Below, in pieces: positions 58,353 through 64,000 of a stretch of DNA of 64,000 nt; within the stretch, counting starts at the first letter, position 1; every line of letters starts with the position of its first letter. Origin of the DNA: Clostridiales bacterium UBA4698 (GTDB taxonomy: Bacteria; Bacillota; Clostridia; TANB77; UBA1234); NCBI GenBank assembly GCA_002404755.1, contig DHKI01000007.1, forward strand, positions 79 through 64,078, written 5' to 3'. The notes under the pieces were generated by a model that was not told where the DNA came from, made no database searches, and saw only the letters and a program-made list of their open reading frames with translations. Both the position numbers and the translations under genes were made by a program.

Positions 58353-58521
58353 TTATAAAACTATTCAAAAAGCTAAAAATGGCGACAATGAAGCTATTGA
58401 AACTATTTTAAATCATTATGTGAAAAAGATTAAATCATTTTCTAAAGATGAGGAGTTCGTAAATATTTGCTTGGTTAGAGTGTTAGAGGGAATTGAAGGA
58501 TTTAAAAATAAAAAATATTAA
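58345..58521 (+). CDS. Small helix-turn-helix/sigma region 2-like protein (58 aa)
   Basis: MIDYKTIQKAKNGDNEAIETILNHYVKKI... resembles the conjugative-transposon HTH_16-type small regulators. ATG overlaps the previous gene. Below the ORF-track cutoff. Confidence 0.45.
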   Translation: MIDYKTIQKAKNGDNEAIETILNHYVKKIKSFSKDEEFVNICLVRVLEGIEGFKNKKY

Positions 58522-58559
58522 AAAAGTTGTCTAAAATTTTTACAAAGTTGACTCCTATA

Positions 58560-58880
58560 TAGGCGAAAGGCGAAAAAAAGAGCCTTTCGCCGAACTTTGA
58601 AAATTGAATAACAAAAGTTACAGTACGTTATCTGCGTAACCTACAAAAGGAAAGCTCCAAGAAGTCCAGCTATTCGTGACAGATAGCAATAGGAATATAA
58701 AGAGGGAAAAATCATTTGATGGTAAGAATGAGTGGCGATGACTTATGCAGAGAAAATAATGATACTTCTACCTAGCTAACGAGATGTCAAGGGGTAGCCT
58801 GTCGATTAGGGAGGAGGCAAGTGATAAAGACTTGACCTATGTGATTACCAAATCAACTGTAACCTATAAATAATAAATTT
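58560..58880 (+). ncRNA. Candidate structured non-coding RNA (family not recognised)
   Basis: No ORF of 60 aa or more in any frame. Local GC is about 35-50% against about 28% around it. A perfect 9-bp hairpin GGCGAAAGG/CCTTTCGCC lies at 58572-58601. Several further helices are possible, including GTTACAG (58628) pairing with CTGTAAC (58866). The strand is assumed from the flanking genes. Confidence 0.25.
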
Positions 58881-58963
58881 ATATGACCACAGATAATGCC
58901 ATTAATAATTTTGAACTTATTAGTGGTATCAATGTGTGGTCATTTATATGGGAGGTAATGAAA

Positions 58964-59116
58964 ATGATTGATTATATATTTTGGTTTGCTTTTGGTTTTG
59001 TATTGGGTTTCTTATTTTTTATATTTATGAAATTGATAAAAAATTACTTATATCAAAGAAGTAAGAGATTAAGACGCAAAGCATTTAGAGAAAAAATGGA
59101 TAATTTGATGAAATAA
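58964..59116 (+). CDS. Small single-pass membrane protein
   Basis: GGAGG at 58951-58955, 8 nt before ATG 58964. MIDYIFWFAFGFVLGFLFFIFMKLI, then a basic tail. Confidence 0.35.
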   Translation: MIDYIFWFAFGFVLGFLFFIFMKLIKNYLYQRSKRLRRKAFREKMDNLMK

Positions 59117-59275
59117 ATTCAAAAAAATAATTTTACGAAAAGAGCGAAAAATATGAATTACTTAAAATTTAAAATCGTCAAATGCTTGAAAAATAGCAGG
59201 GTGGACAGATTTGTTCTATTGAAAATATAATATTTAAAAGAAGATAGTCTGTCTTTTACCCAGAAAGGAGACAGA

Positions 59276-59464
59276 ATGTCTGAAGAAACAAAAATTGTTT
59301 ATGAAGTTATAGATATAATGAATATCTTAAATATAGGAAGAAATAAAGCTTACAATCTCGTGAAAAAAACTTATGAAGATAAAGCACCATTTGTTGTTAT
59401 AAAGATAGGACAAGAATATAAAATTCCTAAAGAAAGTTTTATGAAGTGGTTACAGGGTGGATAA
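59276..59464 (+). CDS. xis: Excisionase-type HTH protein
   Basis: 62 aa. ILNIGRNKAYNLVKK...IKIGQEYKIPKESFMKWL fits the MerR/excisionase HTH_17 pattern. Directly upstream of the integrases. Confidence 0.7.
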   Translation: MSEETKIVYEVIDIMNILNIGRNKAYNLVKKTYEDKAPFVVIKIGQEYKIPKESFMKWLQGG

Positions 59465-59489
59465 AAAGAAATGTCGGGAGTGATAGGAG

Positions 59490-60677
59490 ATGACAAATGA
59501 ATATAAAGGCGAAATTGCATATTTTTTGAAAAAAAGTTGGTATCATAACAAAAAGGAATTACAAGAAGATGGAACAATAAAATATGGTAGGGTTGGAGGT
59601 TTTAAGACTCCAGAGGAAGCAGAAAAAAGCTATTATGAGATGCAACAAGTTTTTGAGGAAAAAATGCGAAATCGTATAACTCCCACAATAAATAAAGAAA
59701 TAATGCTAAAAGATTACTTGATATATTGGTTTGAAAATATCTATTCTTCAAGAATAGAAAGCACAACTAAAATGCTTACTTCTTATACTTTATATAAAAT
59801 TATAATTCCTAATATTAAATATGATATAAAGTTAAGATTAATTACAACTGATTATTTGAATGAATTGCTAGAAGAATGTGCTAAATGTAGTAAATCGGCA
59901 GGAAATAAGTCAAGAGAAACATTGTTTTTAGCTTTTAAAGATGCAGTAAAAGATAAATATATAACAGTTAATTCGGTAATTACTACAAAACAATATAGAA
60001 GAGAAAAGTCAAATATAACAATATTAAAGAAAGAAGAGATTAAAAAGTTGCTTGATGCGACAAAAAATAGTAATTGGTATTTGGAAATTTTACTTGGATT
60101 GTTTTGTGGACTCCGTAAAGGCGAAATTTTAGGACTTAAATTTTCTGATTTTGATATTGAAAAAAGTACAGTAAGAATAAATAAGCAACTTGCTTTAGAA
60201 TATGAATTAGAACAAAAAGACTTTTTAATAAAGAATAGAGTTTTTAAAATTAAAGATCCAAAAACGGAAAATTCTTTTAGGACACTTAAAGTACCACAAA
60301 TAATAATTGATGAATTGATAAAAAGAAGAGAGAAAATAGAGGTATTGAAATCGAACAGAACAGATTTTATTGATAATGATTATATTAGCTGTCAAGAAGA
60401 TGGGTTACCACATCATCTTTCTTCTTTGAATAAATTTTTATCTAAAGTTTGTTCTAGAAATGGATTACCAAAAGCAACTGTACACGGATTAAGACATATG
60501 TATGCAACGATTTTGATAGAGCAGGGTGTTAGTATTGCAAAAATTTCTGCATTATTAGGACATAGTTCTATTCATACTACTTTTGATTTTTATTGTGATG
60601 TGATGTCAGAAAAAGAAAAAATGATTGCATATATGAATAATACATTTTGTATTAGTGAGGAGGAAGAACTAGAATGA
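59490..60677 (+). CDS. int: Tyrosine integrase 1 with an N-terminal arm-binding (AP2-like) domain
   Basis: GLRKGEILGL (Arg), HGLRHMYAT (HxxR) and LGHSSIHTTFDFY (His...Tyr). N-terminal GGFKTPEEAEKSYYEMQ. Confidence 0.85.
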   Translation: MTNEYKGEIAYFLKKSWYHNKKELQEDGTIKYGRVGGFKTPEEAEKSYYEMQQVFEEKMRNRITPTINKEIMLKDYLIYWFENIYSSRIESTTKMLTSYTLYKIIIPNIKYDIKLRLITTDYLNELLEECAKCSKSAGNKSRETLFLAFKDAVKDKYITVNSVITTKQYRREKSNITILKKEEIKKLLDATKNSNWYLEILLGLFCGLRKGEILGLKFSDFDIEKSTVRINKQLALEYELEQKDFLIKNRVFKIKDPKTENSFRTLKVPQIIIDELIKRREKIEVLKSNRTDFIDNDYISCQEDGLPHHLSSLNKFLSKVCSRNGLPKATVHGLRHMYATILIEQGVSIAKISALLGHSSIHTTFDFYCDVMSEKEKMIAYMNNTFCISEEEELE

Positions 60678-61972
60678 TTTGTTTAGATAAGAGTAACTAT
60701 ATTGATTTTAAAGTGTATGGTGTAACCACTATTAAGAAAAAGTATGGATTTAGAATAACTTTGATATATAGTGATGGGACTGATAAAACAATTCAAAAAT
60801 CTGGTTATAAAACCAAGAAAGAAGCTAATGCAGAAAGAGAAATAGCGATTGCAGAGTTACACAATAATACATTTGTTATTGAAAAAGCTTTAAGTACAAA
60901 AGAATTTTTTACATATTGGCTTGAAGATGAAATGAAACCAAGAATAACCTCGTGTTCGTATGATTCGTATAAAAATGTAGTTTATAACCATATAATACCT
61001 GCAATGGGAAGTATGAAAATCTCAAATATAACTCGTGGAGATATACAAAAGTTTCTAAATAAAAAAGTAGAATATTCACACAATATTGCCAAGCTATGTA
61101 AAACAGTTTTGAATACTGCCTTTAATTATGCAGTATCAAATAAACTTGTATCAGCCAATGTTGTTAATGATGTTGATTTATCAAAACAAGTAAAAGTAAA
61201 ACCATATAGGACAAGAGAGATAAATACTCAAAAAATACTTAATGAGGAACAAACAAAACTTTTAATTAAAGAAGCAAAATCAACACCTATTTATTTACAA
61301 GTATTATTTGCAGTTTTGATGGGATTAAGAAAACAAGAAATAAATGGACTAAAATATGAAGATATTGATTTTATACATAGAAAGTTAAAAGTTCAAAGAC
61401 AACTAGGAGTAAAACCAAATGAAGATAATCGTAATTTAAAAAAAGGGGAATATACCAAGCAGGAGATAAAAGTAAAAACCTATTCGAGTAATAGAGAATT
61501 ATATATTCCAGATATATTGTTTGAAGCAATATTAGAAGAAAGAGCAAAATACGAAAAAAATAGAAATAGAAGAATAAAGGATAAAACGAATCCATTTAGA
61601 GATTATGGTTTTATATGTTGTTCTACTTATGGAAATCCAAGAAGTAAATCGTTTCATTTTAAGTATTGGAAAGCTTTACTAAAAAAATGCAATTTGCCAG
61701 ATATAAGGTTTCACGATTTAAGAGCAACACATTGTACTTTACTTGTAAAAAAGAATTTCAATTTGAAAGCTATATCAAAATTAATGGGACACGCTTCTGA
61801 AATAATCTCAGTAGATGTTTATACAGATAAAGATGAGATTATAAATGATTGTGTTGAAGAAATAGAGGCTTTTATAAACGAAGTTATTCCACAAGAAGAT
61901 AATAATATAGAAGAAATTATATGCGATGAAGAATTAGAAATAATTAATAAATTTATAGAAGATGTTGTATAA
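60674..61972 (+). CDS. int: Tyrosine integrase 2 with an N-terminal arm-binding (AP2-like) domain
   Basis: GLRKQEINGL, HDLRATHCT and MGHASEIISVDVY. N-terminal SGYKTKKEANAEREIAIAEL. Its ATG overlaps the stop of integrase 1 (ATGA). Confidence 0.85.
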   Translation: MICLDKSNYIDFKVYGVTTIKKKYGFRITLIYSDGTDKTIQKSGYKTKKEANAEREIAIAELHNNTFVIEKALSTKEFFTYWLEDEMKPRITSCSYDSYKNVVYNHIIPAMGSMKISNITRGDIQKFLNKKVEYSHNIAKLCKTVLNTAFNYAVSNKLVSANVVNDVDLSKQVKVKPYRTREINTQKILNEEQTKLLIKEAKSTPIYLQVLFAVLMGLRKQEINGLKYEDIDFIHRKLKVQRQLGVKPNEDNRNLKKGEYTKQEIKVKTYSSNRELYIPDILFEAILEERAKYEKNRNRRIKDKTNPFRDYGFICCSTYGNPRSKSFHFKYWKALLKKCNLPDIRFHDLRATHCTLLVKKNFNLKAISKLMGHASEIISVDVYTDKDEIINDCVEEIEAFINEVIPQEDNNIEEIICDEELEIINKFIEDVV

Positions 61973-61978
61973 ATATTA

Positions 61979-62186
61979 GGGAACGAATTTTCATTAAAGA
62001 GGAGTTTTATAGCTTCTCTTGTTTTTATGCTTAAAAAGTGTTAAAATACACAATATAAAAGGACTTGATGTTAAGTAGTGTTAATTAGTTTGAAAAAATG
62101 AATTTGTGACTTTCATTCGTTCCCAAAGAAAAAAATGAATTTAATCAGACAAAATTTGATTCGTGGGAACGAATTTGGGAACGAAT
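61979..62186. repeat. Right att arm: four copies of the ATTCGTTCCC motif (one direct, three inverted)
   Basis: GGGAACGAAT at 61979-61988, 62165-62174 and 62177-62186. ATTCGTTCCC at 62115-62124, within the 25-mer AATTTGTGACTTTCATTCGTTCCCA (62101-62125). Confidence 0.7.
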
Positions 62187-62231
62187 TGATGGTTAGATGT
62201 AATCATAATAAATAGGTAAGGAAGTGAAAAA

Positions 62232-64000
62232 ATGTTCAAATTGCATTCTGAATATAAACCAACTGGCGACCAACCACAAGCAATAGAAAAGCTAGTTGAG
62301 GGTATTAATAAAGGCTTGAAACACCAGACTTTACTGGGTGTTACGGGAAGTGGTAAAACTTTTACAATGGCTAATGTAATAGCAAAAGTAAATAAACCTA
62401 CTCTGGTTTTAGCACATAATAAAACATTAGCTGGACAATTATATAGCGAGTTCAAGCAGATGTTCCCAGAGAATGCAGTGGAGTATTTTGTGTCATATTA
62501 CGATTATTATCAACCAGAAGCCTATATGCCACAAACTGACACATATATAGAAAAAGACTCGGCAGTAAATGATGAGATAGACAAGCTTCGTCACTCTGCA
62601 ACAGCTGCACTTTTTGAGAGAAAAGATGTTATTATTGTTGCCAGTGTTTCTTGTATTTATGGTTTAGGTGACCCCGAAGATTATAGTGGTCTTACACTTT
62701 CTTTAAGACCGGGTATGCAAATGGAAAGAGATGATTTGCTTAGAGCACTTATAGATAGGCAATATGATAGAAATGAGATTGAATTTAAACGTGGTAAGTT
62801 TAGAGTTAGAGGGGATACAGTTGAAGTGTATCCATCTAATGAAAATGAAAAGGCAATTAGAATTGAATTTTTTGGAGATGAAATAGAAAAGATTTCTGAA
62901 ATACAACCGCTTACGGGTCAAAAATTAGGAGTTAGAAATCATGTGCTTATCTTTCCAAACTCACATTATGCAACATCTAAAGAAAAAATGGAAAAGGCAA
63001 TTGGCACAATTGAAATTGAGTTAGAGCAAAGAATTAAAGAATTTAAAGAAGAAGGAAAACTAATTGAGGCACAAAGAATAGAACAACGAACAAATTTTGA
63101 CATCGAGATGATGCGTGAAACAGGCTTTTGCCAAGGAATAGAAAACTATTCAAGACATATAAGTGGAAGAGAGCCAGGAAGTGCACCATACACACTTATG
63201 GATTATTTTCCAAAAGATTTTCTTTTGCTTATAGATGAATCACATGTTACAATTCCTCAAGTTAGAGCAATGTATAATGGAGATAGAGCTCGTAAAGAAA
63301 GTCTAGTTAATTATGGTTTTAGATTGCCCTCTGCTTACGATAACAGACCATTAAAATTTGAAGAATGGGAAGAAAGAATAAATCAAGTAATCTTTGTTAG
63401 TGCAACACCAGCAGATTATGAAAAGGCACACTCACAAAACACAGTAGAGCAAATCATAAGACCAACAGGACTTTTAGATCCTAAAATAGAAGTTAGACCA
63501 TCTGAAAATCAAGTTGATGATTTGATTGGAAGAATAAATGAAACAGTCGAAAAAGGTGAAAGAGTACTTGTTACTACACTTACAAAGAAAATGGCAGAAG
63601 ACCTAACAGCATATTTAAAAGAACTAAATATAAAAGTAACCTACATGCATTCAGATATTGACACACTAGAGAGACTAAAAATATTAAAAGAATTAAGAAT
63701 GGGTAAATATGATGTATTAGTTGGAATTAACCTATTAAGAGAAGGGCTAGATTTGCCAGAGGTTTCACTAGTTGCAATATTAGATGCAGACAAAGAGGGC
63801 TTTTTAAGATCTGAACGCTCGCTAATTCAAACAACAGGGCGTGCAGCAAGAAATTCAGAGGGAAAAGTTATAATGTATGCTGATGAATTAACAGATTCTA
63901 TGGAAAAAGCAATAAAAGAAACAAATAGAAGAAGAAAAATTCAAATGGCTTATAACGAAGAGCATGGAATAATTCCGCAAACTATTCATAAAGCAATAAG
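62232..64000 (+). CDS. uvrB: Excinuclease ABC subunit B (3' end beyond the window)
   Basis: [28 protein letters not shown]...[13 protein letters not shown]...[10 protein letters not shown]... The ORF stays open to the window end. Helicase motifs and the beta-hairpin region are present. Confidence 0.95.
   Translation, partial: MFKLHSEYKPTGDQPQAIEKLVEGINKGLKHQTLLGVTGSGKTFTMANVIAKVNKPTLVLAHNKTLAGQLYSEFKQMFPENAVEYFVSYYDYYQPEAYMPQTDTYIEKDSAVNDEIDKLRHSATAALFERKDVIIVASVSCIYGLGDPEDYSGLTLSLRPGMQMERDDLLRALIDRQYDRNEIEFKRGKFRVRGDTVEVYPSNENEKAIRIEFFGDEIEKISEIQPLTGQKLGVRNHVLIFPNSHYATSKEKMEKAIGTIEIELEQRIKEFKEEGKLIEAQRIEQRTNFDIEMMRETGFCQGIENYSRHISGREPGSAPYTLMDYFPKDFLLLIDESHVTIPQVRAMYNGDRARKESLVNYGFRLPSAYDNRPLKFEEWEERINQVIFVSATPADYEKAHSQNTVEQIIRPTGLLDPKIEVRPSENQVDDLIGRINETVEKGERVLVTTLTKKMAEDLTAYLKELNIKVTYMHSDIDTLERLKILKELRMGKYDVLVGINLLREGLDLPEVSLVAILDADKEGFLRSERSLIQTTGRAARNSEGKVIMYADELTDSMEKAIKETNRRRKIQMAYNEEHGIIPQTIHKAI

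Larger units (their letters stand above)
16317..62491. mobile_element. Integrative conjugative element (~46 kb) inserted in the 5' part of uvrB
   Basis: Bounded by duplicated uvrB 5' segments (16027-16331 and 62196-62497). Contains a relaxase, T4CP, VirB4 and other T4SS genes, RepA_N, Xis and two tyrosine integrases at the right end. ATTCGTTCCC arm-type repeats lie at both ends. The exact crossover is not resolvable from one sequence. Confidence 0.85.

Noticed and set aside
58560-58880. Identity as tmRNA, RNase P RNA, SRP RNA or a group II intron fragment.
   Set aside because: The diagnostic sequences I know are absent: the tmRNA 3' acceptor/T-arm, GAGGAAAGUCCGGGC of RNase P, the SRP GGAA tetraloop helix and the domain V consensus. 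It is therefore left as an unclassified candidate.
1-64000. tRNA, rRNA or IS/transposase genes.
   Set aside because: No cloverleaf-like GC-rich segments, rRNA-like conserved blocks or DDE/IS-type transposase ORFs were noticed. The only recombinases are the three tyrosine recombinases already listed.

Overview
Low-GC (roughly 28-30% GC) Firmicute chromosome, Clostridia/Tissierellia-like; I cannot name the species. About 1-16.3 kb is chromosomal. It holds a T-box leader plus tyrS, two unknown ORFs, a frameshifted HMA/DsbD_2-like membrane protein gene and copZ-copA. Next come a DUF2318-like protein, a DapB-like oxidoreductase, an acyl-ACP thioesterase and an ECF sigma/anti-sigma pair. Two secreted proteins and a decayed DUF2442/YcxB/KilA-N cluster complete this part. 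A ~100-bp intergenic repeat family, present at five or more sites, punctuates it. About 16.3-62.5 kb is a ~46-kb integrative conjugative element (ICE) inserted in the 5' end of uvrB. A displaced 88-codon uvrB fragment lies at the left junction and a full-length uvrB starts at 62232. The ICE encodes a 2134-aa ArdC-N/MTase/SNF2 polyvalent protein, a DUF4143 ATPase, a ParB-like protein, MobC plus a relaxase, and a coupling protein. It also encodes a Gram-positive T4SS set (VirB6-like, PrgI, VirB4, M23 hydrolase), a sortase plus a thioester/CnaB adhesin, and a RepA_N initiator with in-gene iterons. Further cargo is a Type I R-M system with an inverted silent hsdS cassette and a recombinase, which looks like a phase-variable shufflon. 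A regulatory block (XRE, Spo0A-like response regulator, sigma-like proteins), Xis and two tandem tyrosine integrases follow. The observations I rate highest are listed here. (1) The hsdS shufflon. (2) A 29-bp exact, palindrome-containing sequence embedded in-frame in both the ParB-like and coupling-protein genes. (3) An apparently split VirB4. (4) Two self-contained nuclease-like cargo genes (DUF3883 and DUF4143). (5) A GC-enriched 330-nt non-coding stretch upstream of xis/int. (6) The repeated ATTCGTTCCC motif in the att arms. (7) The chromosomal repeat family. No tRNA, rRNA or CRISPR array was seen. All domain calls come from motif recognition by eye, not from searches.
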